13,583 nt of DNA, taken from contig JBDZWC010000083.1 in assembly GCA_040256005.1 (NCBI GenBank), forward strand, positions 1 to 13,583, read 5' to 3'. Shown here piece by piece: positions 6,687 through 13,583 of the stretch. The DNA comes from Deinococcaceae bacterium. Its GTDB lineage: Bacteria > Deinococcota > Deinococci > Deinococcales > Trueperaceae. The first letter of the stretch is position 1. Each line of letters opens with the position of its first letter. The translations under genes were made by a program, and so were the position numbers. The notes below the pieces were generated by a model, which saw only the letters and a list, made by a program, of their open reading frames with translations, was not told the DNA's origin and did no database searches.

Positions 6687-9644
6687 GTGGAACCAGGCGT
6701 GCGGTTGTTGGGTACGCCGCAGATCTGGACAAGCGGGGGGTGGCGCTACCTGCCGCTCGATAAACGTCTGGCGTTGCTCACCTACCTGGCGGTCTCCGAG
6801 GGCTGGGTCACTAGGGAGAGGCTGTCCTACCTCTTCTGGGCGGACGTTCCCACCGCGCAGTCACGCGTCAACCTCAGGCGCCTGCTGCTGAGAACGCGGG
6901 CGCTGCCGCTGCCCGTTCAGATCGAGCCCGACGACGTGCGTCTGCGCTGGTCCGCCCCCAGTGACGTGAAGGCGTTCCGCCTGGCCGTCGCGGCCGGGGA
7001 CTGGGTGTCTGCTGCGCGCCTCTACGCGGGTGACCTCGTCGAAGGGTTGGAGATCGACGAGGCCGCCGAGATCGGCCAGTGGCTCCAGTACGAGCGTGCC
7101 CAGCTACGCGAGGCGTATAGGGGGGCGGCTCTCAGCCTGGCCGAGTCGGCTGCCGAGGAAGGGCGGGCAACGGAGGCTGAGCAGATCCTCGGCAAGCTGC
7201 AGGAGCGGGACCCGCTGGACGAGTCCGTGGTTCAGCGTCGTCTCCGCTTGCTCGTCGACGCCGGGGCGACCACGGAGGCGCGTCGCGTGTTCGAGAGGTT
7301 CGCGGCCCTGATGGCCGATAGGTTGGGACTTCCGCCCAGCGCCGCGACCGAAGCGATCGTGGCGGAGGCCGAGCGACTACTACCCGCCCAGGGACCGAAG
7401 TTCAGACCCGTCTCGAGAGTCAGGGAGCCGCTGACCTCGTTCGTCGGACGTGACGCCGAACTGGCGACGATCCGGACTCGTCTCACCGCCGAGCCGTGCC
7501 GGCTCCTCACCCTGGTGGGTCCCGGAGGCGCCGGCAAGACCCGACTTGCCATGCGCGCCGCCGGCAGTCTGGCCGACTCCTTCGAGGACGGGGTGGCGCT
7601 CGTCCCCCTCGCGTCCGTGGCGGATGCGAGCGCCCTACCGCTCGCGCTCGCAGCCGCGGTCGGAGTGGACCTCAAGGGCGGTCGCCCGCCCCTCGAACAG
7701 GTCTCCGCGGCGCTGAAGGATCGCAGCCTACTGCTGGTGCTGGATCAGTTCGAGCACATGGGTGAGGCGGCTCTGGCGGTCTCCACGCTCCTCAACGCCT
7801 GCCCGAACGTCCGTTGCCTCGTCACGTCCCGTGAGCGCCTCCGGCTGCAAGGCGAGTGGCTGTTTCCAGTAGTTGGCCTGGGGGTGCCCGTCGCGGCGGA
7901 GGTGGAACCGGACGAGGCGACGGAGTTCGCGGCCGTCCAACTACTTCTCGACCGCGCCAGACAGGTTCGACCGGACTTCGCCTTGACGCAGCGCATGACC
8001 CCTGTCGCCGTCCGGCTCTGCCGCTGGCTCGAGGGACACCCGCTCGGCATCGAGCTGGTCGCCGGTACCCTCCGGGGTCTCACCTTGGAGGAGGCCGAGC
8101 GGGCGCTCCTGAGCGCCCCGTCCATGATCGCCACAGACTCCCTGGATGTCTCCGAACGGCACAGGAGCCTGCGAGCGACGTTCGATCACTCGTGGCAACT
8201 ACTGACGGACAAGGAGAGGGCCGTGCTGGCCGGCCTCTCCGTCTTCGCTGCCGACTTCGACGCCAGCGGGGCGGCGGCGGTCACCGGTGCAGACCGAGCG
8301 GTCCTCGCGTCCCTGGTCGAGAAGTCGCTGCTGCGCACGTCGGAGGACAGCCGCTACGACGCTCATCCGTTGGTGCGGGAGCTGGCCAGGGAGAACCTGG
8401 CAGAGGACCCCGAGGCGCACGAGGCCGCGATCGGACGCCACGCTAGCCACTACCTGCGCCTGGCGGCCGGATGGAACGGTCGGGTACACGGTCCGGACCA
8501 AGCGAAGATGATCGACCTCCTGGCGGTCGAGTACCCGAACGTCACCCTGGCTTGGCTGGAGGCGCTGAGCCGGGGCTGGCTGGCCGAGTGCCGAGACGCC
8601 CTCGATCCGATCCTGTTCTTCCACGGCATCCAAGGACGCTTCCATCAAGGCATCGAGCTGTTCCAGAAGGGCATCGTGCGACTGGAGCAGTCGGGTCATG
8701 CCGACGACGAGGACGTCAGCTTCCTGCGCGCCCGGCTCGTTGCGGACACGGCTTGGTTCCACTCCGGCATGGCGGACTTCGAAGCTGCGCTCGAGCTGGC
8801 ACGCCAGGCGCTGGTGATCGGCCAGGCTCTGGACTCGCCTGCGATCGTCCTGAGGGCCAGACAGGTGACCGGTTCCGTGGCGGCTCGCAGGGGTCACTAC
8901 GCCACCGCGCGCACCGAACTGGCGGCCGGTATGGAGCAGGCCGAGCGCGCCGCAGACTCGTGGGCGATAGCGCTCATCGCCGGTCAGCTGGGCTTGTTGG
9001 AGCTACGCGTCGGCGACCCGGCTGCGGCTCGCGGCTACTTCGAGCGGGCGCTCGAGGTCAACGAAGCGCTGTCGAACAAAGCCGGGGTCGTCAACGACCT
9101 CGACTACCTGGGGCGTCTGGCGCTGGAACAGGGTGACGTACAGACAGCCGCCGAGCGGTTCGAGCGCGCACTGGCGCTGGCCGAGGAGGCACGCTTCCAT
9201 CTCCGGGTCGCCTACCTCCGGCTGCAGTCGGCCGTCGTCAGCCTCCGACGCGGCGAGACCGATGCCGCCGAGGACCTGGCACGCAGCGCGCTCGCCGCCG
9301 CCGACGAACACGGCCAGAGAGCCATCCGGGTCGAGGCTTTGGTGCTGCTCGGCAGGTTGGAGGCCGCTGGCGTAGACACCCGTCGAGCGGCCGCCGAGGG
9401 GCTCCTGCTCGACGCGCTGAGGGCTGCGCATGACCTCGGCGAGGTGCCGTTGATGCTGGCCGCGATCCTGGAACTGACACTGCTGAGGGGCGGCCCGGAG
9501 GCGCCGACCCGCCTCTCCCTGGTCGCCTGGCATCCGGCTGCCAGCCCGGACGTGAGAGCCAGAGCCCGGAGCGCGCACGGGGAGGTGACGGCCGCCCCAT
9601 CGGAACTGCAAGAGACCGTCACCTCCCTGCTAGCCCCCCGCTAG
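6687..9644 (+). CDS. AfsR/SARP-like transcriptional regulator: winged helix, BTAD, STAND (NB-ARC-like) NTPase and TPR repeats (985 aa from GTG 6687; track start 6642)
   Basis: N-terminal VRLLGTP...ALLTYLA...RERLSYLFW...RVNLRRLL. BTAD LYAGDLVEG...QWLQYER...DPLDE...LGLPPS. NTPase TSFVGR, Walker A GPGGAGKT (7518-7541), Walker B LLLVLDQFEH, LVTSRERL, LEGHPLGIEL, RHRSLRATFDHSW and RYDAHPLVRE. C-terminal TPR-like helices (ARGYFERALEV, AAERFERALAL). Confidence 0.93.
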   Translation: MEPGVRLLGTPQIWTSGGWRYLPLDKRLALLTYLAVSEGWVTRERLSYLFWADVPTAQSRVNLRRLLLRTRALPLPVQIEPDDVRLRWSAPSDVKAFRLAVAAGDWVSAARLYAGDLVEGLEIDEAAEIGQWLQYERAQLREAYRGAALSLAESAAEEGRATEAEQILGKLQERDPLDESVVQRRLRLLVDAGATTEARRVFERFAALMADRLGLPPSAATEAIVAEAERLLPAQGPKFRPVSRVREPLTSFVGRDAELATIRTRLTAEPCRLLTLVGPGGAGKTRLAMRAAGSLADSFEDGVALVPLASVADASALPLALAAAVGVDLKGGRPPLEQVSAALKDRSLLLVLDQFEHMGEAALAVSTLLNACPNVRCLVTSRERLRLQGEWLFPVVGLGVPVAAEVEPDEATEFAAVQLLLDRARQVRPDFALTQRMTPVAVRLCRWLEGHPLGIELVAGTLRGLTLEEAERALLSAPSMIATDSLDVSERHRSLRATFDHSWQLLTDKERAVLAGLSVFAADFDASGAAAVTGADRAVLASLVEKSLLRTSEDSRYDAHPLVRELARENLAEDPEAHEAAIGRHASHYLRLAAGWNGRVHGPDQAKMIDLLAVEYPNVTLAWLEALSRGWLAECRDALDPILFFHGIQGRFHQGIELFQKGIVRLEQSGHADDEDVSFLRARLVADTAWFHSGMADFEAALELARQALVIGQALDSPAIVLRARQVTGSVAARRGHYATARTELAAGMEQAERAADSWAIALIAGQLGLLELRVGDPAAARGYFERALEVNEALSNKAGVVNDLDYLGRLALEQGDVQTAAERFERALALAEEARFHLRVAYLRLQSAVVSLRRGETDAAEDLARSALAAADEHGQRAIRVEALVLLGRLEAAGVDTRRAAAEGLLLDALRAAHDLGEVPLMLAAILELTLLRGGPEAPTRLSLVAWHPAASPDVRARARSAHGEVTAAPSELQETVTSLLAPR

Positions 9645-9718
9645 CTGAACCACATCCGGCGGTTGTCGGCCGTCCCAAGGTGTAGCCGCACCGGCCGGAC
9701 GTTGGCTCACTACTTGGA

Positions 9719-9741
9719 TCCGGCGGTGAGCCGCCGCCGGA
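9719..9741. terminator. GC-rich hairpin between convergent genes, possible bidirectional terminator
   Basis: TCCGGCGG (9719-9726) pairs with CCGCCGGA (9734-9741) around a 7-nt loop. There is no clear U-tract on either side. Confidence 0.4.
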
Positions 9742-9747
9742 GTGGAC

Positions 9748-10161
9748 CTAGGGCGACGTACCCGACAGCACGATGGTGCCGGTGAAGTTCGAGGTCTCGG
9801 CGTTCTGTAGCTGCCCGGCCTCCTCCACTGTCGCCCCAACGTTGAAGCCTTCGTCAACGGTCCCAGTCATCGCCACCGCACCGGTCTCCGTGTTCAGGGT
9901 CCCGGTCAACCGCGCCACGAACGACTGACTGGGGTCGTCGGCAAGGATGATCCAGTAGAGCTCTATGTCCCATATCGGCTTGGATCGGTCGGCCGCTATC
10001 ATCGTCGTCACCAACGTGCCGGTGATGTCGCCGCTGACGGTGCCTATCCATACGCGGTCCGACACAGCGGTCTTGTCGAACGTCAGGCTCACCTGTGCGG
10101 AAGCGACAGTCACTACTGTCAGCAGCGCCGAGACCAGCAGACCTCTGTAGAGCATCCTCAT
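9748..10161 (-). CDS. Small secreted all-beta hypothetical protein
   Basis: Strong SD GAGGGAGGA 6 nt before the ATG. Signal peptide MRMLYRGLLVSALLTVVTVASA|Q. Mature ~115 aa region is Thr/Gly/Val-rich with alternating beta-strand pattern. Confidence 0.88.
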   Translation of the reverse strand: MRMLYRGLLVSALLTVVTVASAQVSLTFDKTAVSDRVWIGTVSGDITGTLVTTMIAADRSKPIWDIELYWIILADDPSQSFVARLTGTLNTETGAVAMTGTVDEGFNVGATVEEAGQLQNAETSNFTGTIVLSGTSP

Positions 10162-10200
10162 GCCACGTCCTCCCTCTTGGGCCCTGCGTTTTTCAGCGGG

Positions 10201-10233
10201 AGGCTAGAGATGGGCGCGTGATACGAGCGTGAC
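10201..10233 (-). promoter_or_regulatory. Putative SARP-type activated promoter: GTCACGC-N4-ATCACGC direct repeat plus -10 TAGCCT
   Basis: + strand GCGTGAC at 10227-10233 and GCGTGAT at 10216-10222 (period 11). On the - strand these are followed after 9 nt by TAGCCT (10206-10201), upstream of the secreted protein gene. Confidence 0.65.
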
Positions 10234-10325
10234 GCGCCCTGCTGCCGAGGCACTGGGAGTGGTTGGCTGTTCAACCCAGCGGTGCATCGGCCACCCTGAG
10301 GCGGCTCCTGGCGGGAGACAGACGA

Positions 10326-10682
10326 TCAGCCGGGCGGTTCCTCGCTCGCCGTCCTGTCCATGATCCTGATGCGGTTGCCGGAGGTATCCTCGAAGGCCGC
10401 GAAGCGTCCGGGCGAGATGTCGCGCGGCTCCTCGACGAACCGCAGCAGGTCCTTGTTGGCCGCGTAGAAAGCGTCCACGCTCTCCACCAGGAAGAACGGT
10501 CCCGCCGTGAGGGAGCGGTCCCCGGCCACGAGGTCGAGGAGCAGGCGTACGTTCGTATCCGGCAGGACCAGGCCCACCGTCTCCCCCGCTCGCCACGCTT
10601 CCTCGAACCCTAGTCGATCGTGGTACAGCGCCAGGGCCGCTTCCAGGTCGTTCACAGGCAGGTACACGAACTCGAGCCTCAT
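10326..10682 (-). CDS. VOC (glyoxalase/bleomycin resistance) family protein
   Basis: MRLEFVYLPVNDLEAALALYHDRLGF...FFLVESVDAFY...VEEPRDISPGRFAAFEDTSGNRIRI matches the two-unit VOC pattern. Purine-rich SD region (GAAGGGAAGCGAGG) upstream. Confidence 0.92.
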   Translation of the reverse strand: MRLEFVYLPVNDLEAALALYHDRLGFEEAWRAGETVGLVLPDTNVRLLLDLVAGDRSLTAGPFFLVESVDAFYAANKDLLRFVEEPRDISPGRFAAFEDTSGNRIRIMDRTASEEPPG

Positions 10683-10779
10683 GGCCTCGCTTCCCTTCGT
10701 CTGCCCGTCCGGGGTTGCGCCGGCGGGCGTTCGCGTCTAGAGTCGAACCACACTATCTACCGGGGGGAACAGCTAACCA

Positions 10780-11199
10780 GTGCTCGCGATCATCAACGTC
10801 GCCGTGACCGTCGTTTTCATGGGGTTGTTCGTCCTGCTCTCGTTGTGGCGCGGCCATGGCGCCTCGTTCATCGAACATGTCTGCGCGTACGTCTTACTCG
10901 CGGCGGTGACCTACCTGATCGACCGGTGGTGGGTAGGGCGCCGACGTGAGGAACGGCGCGTGGAGCCGGGACGAGGGCCGGCACCGTGGAACTACTGGGT
11001 CATGACCCTGTTCTATCCCTTCATCTTGCTGTCCTCGGGAACCAGGCTGGCCTCCTTCGCCTTGGGTGCCACGTGGGACGAAGGTCCGGTCTACACGGAC
11101 GTCATCCTCGTCGTGTGCGCTACCTACTTGATCATCTACAGCGCGCTGACCATCGAGAAGGGTCTGAAGTCGCCGGGCAGGTCCGCCCGGCACACCTAG
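10780..11199 (+). CDS. Hypothetical integral membrane protein, about 4 TM
   Basis: Four hydrophobic segments with a basic loop (RRREERR) between TM2 and TM3. GGGGGGAA upstream of the GTG. Fills an otherwise empty gap, with GC-rich third codon positions. Confidence 0.72.
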   Translation: MLAIINVAVTVVFMGLFVLLSLWRGHGASFIEHVCAYVLLAAVTYLIDRWWVGRRREERRVEPGRGPAPWNYWVMTLFYPFILLSSGTRLASFALGATWDEGPVYTDVILVVCATYLIIYSALTIEKGLKSPGRSARHT

Positions 11200-11271
11200 G
11201 GGCGCGCCCTCCCCCGACACATCTGAGCTGGCGTACTCGCCCGGCCGACCGTGTTCTGCCCGGCACCCCTT

Positions 11272-11302
11272 TAGAATCTGCCGAGTGAAAGCTTTTCCCT
11301 CG
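11272..11302 (+). promoter_or_regulatory. -10 box TAGAAT plus downstream imperfect inverted repeat (candidate repressor operator) for the MFS efflux gene
   Basis: TAGAAT at 11272-11277. CGAGTGAAA-GCT-TTTCCCTCG at 11282-11302 pairs at 8 of 9 positions and overlaps the expected +1. Confidence 0.5.
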
Positions 11303-11334
11303 TTGGTTCCCACCGTCCCGAAACCCACGAGACC

Positions 11335-13026
11335 ATGACGGAACTGACGAGAAGGGAGAAGCTGCTCGCCTTCGGCGGCATCCTCGTCGTCCTCTTCCTC
11401 ACCTCACTCAACCTGACGGTGGTTGGCACGGCACTGCCCCGCATCATCGCCGAGCTGGAAGGCTTCAAGCTCTACGCCTGGGCGTTCACCGCCTACTCGC
11501 TGTCCTCGACGGTGACGCTGCCCATCTACGGCAAGCTCTCTGACATATACGGCCGCAAGCGGATCCTCATGTTCGGCATCCTTCTCTTCAGCGCGGCGTC
11601 GGCACTGGGCGGCCTGGCTCAGACGATGCCCCAGCTCATCGTCATCCGCGGCCTGCAGGGCCTGGGCGGCGGCGCGCTGATCTCGATGGCCTTCTCGGCC
11701 ATCGGCGACATCTTCACCCCCCGGGAGCGGGGCGCCTACCAGGGCTTCACTGGCGCCGTGTTCGGCTTCTCGAGTGTCGTGGGTCCGCTAGCGGGCGGGC
11801 TGATCACCGACACGTTGGGCTGGCGCTGGGTCTTCTTCGTGAACGTGCCCATCGCGCTCATCGCGATGGCCGTGATCATGCGCTACTTCCCGGCGCCCAC
11901 CCAGCGTGGGTCGGGCAGGATCGATGCCGTCGGCTCCGCGCTGCTCATGCTCGGCATCGTCCCGCTGCTGCTGGCGCTCACATGGGGAGGCGTCGACCGT
12001 CCCTGGACCTCGGCCCCCATCCTGGCTCTGTTCGCCGTGTCGGCAGCGCTGCTGGGAGCGTTCCTGTGGTGGCAGGGCAAGACGGCCAACCCCGTCCTCG
12101 ACCCAGAGCTGTTCCGGAGTCGGACCTTCAACGTCGCGAACGTGGGCGGGTTCCTCAGCGGCGTTGGCATGTACGGGGCGGTCATCTACCTGCCCCTCTA
12201 CATCCAGGGTGTCCAGGGCGGCTCGGCCGCATCGTCCGGGTTCGCGCTCACGCCGCTCATGCTCGGCATGGTGACCAGCAGCACCGTCGCGGGCCTCATG
12301 GTCAGCCGCACGGGGCGCTACCGGCCTTTCATCCTCGCCGGCCTGGCGACGATAACCGTAGGCTTCCTGCTCAACGCCACCATGGACACCGCCACGCCGC
12401 TCTTGATGACGGTGGCGTTCTCGGTGTTGTTGGGACTGGGCTTCGGGCCCACGAACTCGCTCTTCGTCCTCGCGGTACAGAACGCCCTGCCTCAGAGCAA
12501 GTTGGGCACGGCCACCAGCGCGAACATGTTCTTCAGGCAGATAGGCGGCACCTTGGGGGTCGCGGTGTTCGGCGCCGTCGTCGCGGCGACCATCAGCGCT
12601 CAGGTGCACGGGTCTCTCGGACCGCAGCTCAGCGACCTGCCTCCGGCCGTGGTGGAGGAGTTCAACTCCCCCAACCTGCTGACCAGCCCGCAGCAGTTGG
12701 AACGCGCCCGCGTGGAGGTCGAGGGTCTGGCCGGCGGCGAGGCGTTCGTCCGACTGGTCACCGGGCTGCGTGAGGCCCTGGCGACGGGACTGAGCCGCGT
12801 CTTCACCGTTGGCGCGCTGCTCTCGCTCATCGCCTTCGCCGTCGCGTTCTTGCTCCCGGTGCTGGAGCTGAGGACCTCGCATGCGGCCAGCGAGCCGCTG
12901 GACGAGGGTCCGGGATCCGGATCGATCCAACGCGATGACCAAGCGCGAACCGGCCCACCGCATCCGCCTGCCGCCAAGCCGGCTGGAGCGCCAGCCGGGT
13001 TCCGTGAAGGACGACCGGGGCGCTAG
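11335..13026 (+). CDS. 14-TM MFS drug:H+ antiporter (DHA2, EmrB/QacA-like)
   Basis: TM1 LTSLNLTVVGTALP, WAFTAYSL, motif A GKLSDIYGRK, motif B RGLQGLGGG, motif C GPLAGG, WRWVFFVNVP, large loop before the last TM, and a Pro-rich C-terminal tail. Confidence 0.96.
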   Translation: MTELTRREKLLAFGGILVVLFLTSLNLTVVGTALPRIIAELEGFKLYAWAFTAYSLSSTVTLPIYGKLSDIYGRKRILMFGILLFSAASALGGLAQTMPQLIVIRGLQGLGGGALISMAFSAIGDIFTPRERGAYQGFTGAVFGFSSVVGPLAGGLITDTLGWRWVFFVNVPIALIAMAVIMRYFPAPTQRGSGRIDAVGSALLMLGIVPLLLALTWGGVDRPWTSAPILALFAVSAALLGAFLWWQGKTANPVLDPELFRSRTFNVANVGGFLSGVGMYGAVIYLPLYIQGVQGGSAASSGFALTPLMLGMVTSSTVAGLMVSRTGRYRPFILAGLATITVGFLLNATMDTATPLLMTVAFSVLLGLGFGPTNSLFVLAVQNALPQSKLGTATSANMFFRQIGGTLGVAVFGAVVAATISAQVHGSLGPQLSDLPPAVVEEFNSPNLLTSPQQLERARVEVEGLAGGEAFVRLVTGLREALATGLSRVFTVGALLSLIAFAVAFLLPVLELRTSHAASEPLDEGPGSGSIQRDDQARTGPPHPPAAKPAGAPAGFREGRPGR

Positions 13027-13028
13027 CC

Positions 13029-13583
13029 TCAGCCGCCTGTGCCGGGAGGCTGCGACGGTTCTCGGGCCGGCTCCGACCGCCATGTCGCGACCAACGCGAT
13101 CGCCGCCAGCACGAGGACGAAGCAGACGGCGAGGAGTATGCCGGTCTGCTCGCTCCACCCCCGGCGCGCCGCCATGGCCAACAGCGCGCCTCCGATGCCG
13201 GTGCTGACGGCGGCCATGAACTGGTCGGCGATCTGAAGGGCGGCCGAGACCATCCCCTCCTGCCCGGTAGGGGCCAGCGCGAAGGCGAGAACGGACGAGG
13301 TCGAGTGGGCCATACCGATGCCCAGGCCGGCCGTGACCCAACCGATCAGGACGATCACGAGGGGCGCGGTCGTGACGAACAGCGCCGCCACCTGCGCCAC
13401 GATCCCGGCGGCGATGAGCCACGTGCCGGTGTACATCCTTCGCGAGCGTCTGGCCGCCGGATTCTCGTCGAGTCGCGACTGCAGCCAGGCGCCCACCGCC
13501 CAGCTGATGGAACCGGTCGCGATGACGGCGCCGGTGACCGCGGTCGAGTAACCGTGCACCGACTGCAGCATGAGGGCGAGGAA
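13029..13583 (-). CDS. MFS transporter, C-terminal half (5' end outside the window)
   Basis: Frame stays open to the right edge (FLALMLQSVHGYS...). About 5-6 hydrophobic helices with an MFS C-domain pattern (TGAVIATGSISWAVGAW, AGLGIGMA, GMVSAALQ...GIGGALLA). Confidence 0.88.
   Translation of the reverse strand, partial: FLALMLQSVHGYSTAVTGAVIATGSISWAVGAWLQSRLDENPAARRSRRMYTGTWLIAAGIVAQVAALFVTTAPLVIVLIGWVTAGLGIGMAHSTSSVLAFALAPTGQEGMVSAALQIADQFMAAVSTGIGGALLAMAARRGWSEQTGILLAVCFVLVLAAIALVATWRSEPAREPSQPPGTGG

Noticed and set aside
6687..9644. STAND-TPR protein plus neighbouring nuclease as an Avs/NLR-like anti-phage system
   Set aside because: The N-terminus is a wHTH-BTAD transcription module rather than a toxic effector. 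The nuclease is an exported lipoprotein on the opposite strand, and no defence-island or mobility genes are nearby.
9654..9727. ATCCGGCGGT repeated at 9654-9663 and 9718-9727 as a target-site duplication or mini-element
   Set aside because: There are no terminal inverted repeats or transposase, and only 54 bp lie between the copies. At most it offers an alternative pairing for the hairpin.

Overview
High-GC bacterial chromosomal window. Several promoters look leaderless (TAnnnT-N6/7-start) and the gene content suggests Deinococcota, but that assignment is only an inference. Genes from left to right: (1) a secreted protein with an acidic (AGPPD[G/D/N])n tail on the - strand, running off the left edge and absent from the supplied ORF track; (2) an OmpR-type response regulator plus HAMP-HisKA-HATPase kinase upstream of it on the same strand; (3) a divergent PAS-PAS-GAF-GGDEF diguanylate cyclase; (4) an ExeM/NucH-type lipoprotein nuclease; (5) a large SARP/BTAD-STAND NTPase-TPR regulator; (6) a small secreted beta-rich protein; (7) a VOC-family protein; (8) a 4-TM hypothetical protein; (9) two convergent MFS transporters. 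I see no RNA genes, CRISPR array or mobile element. The best candidates for undescribed biology are two regulator/secreted-target modules, each with an 11-bp-period direct repeat 9 bp upstream of a -10 box: two-component system -> AGPPDD repeat protein, and SARP-STAND regulator -> small secreted protein. Both links are inferences from promoter architecture and adjacency.
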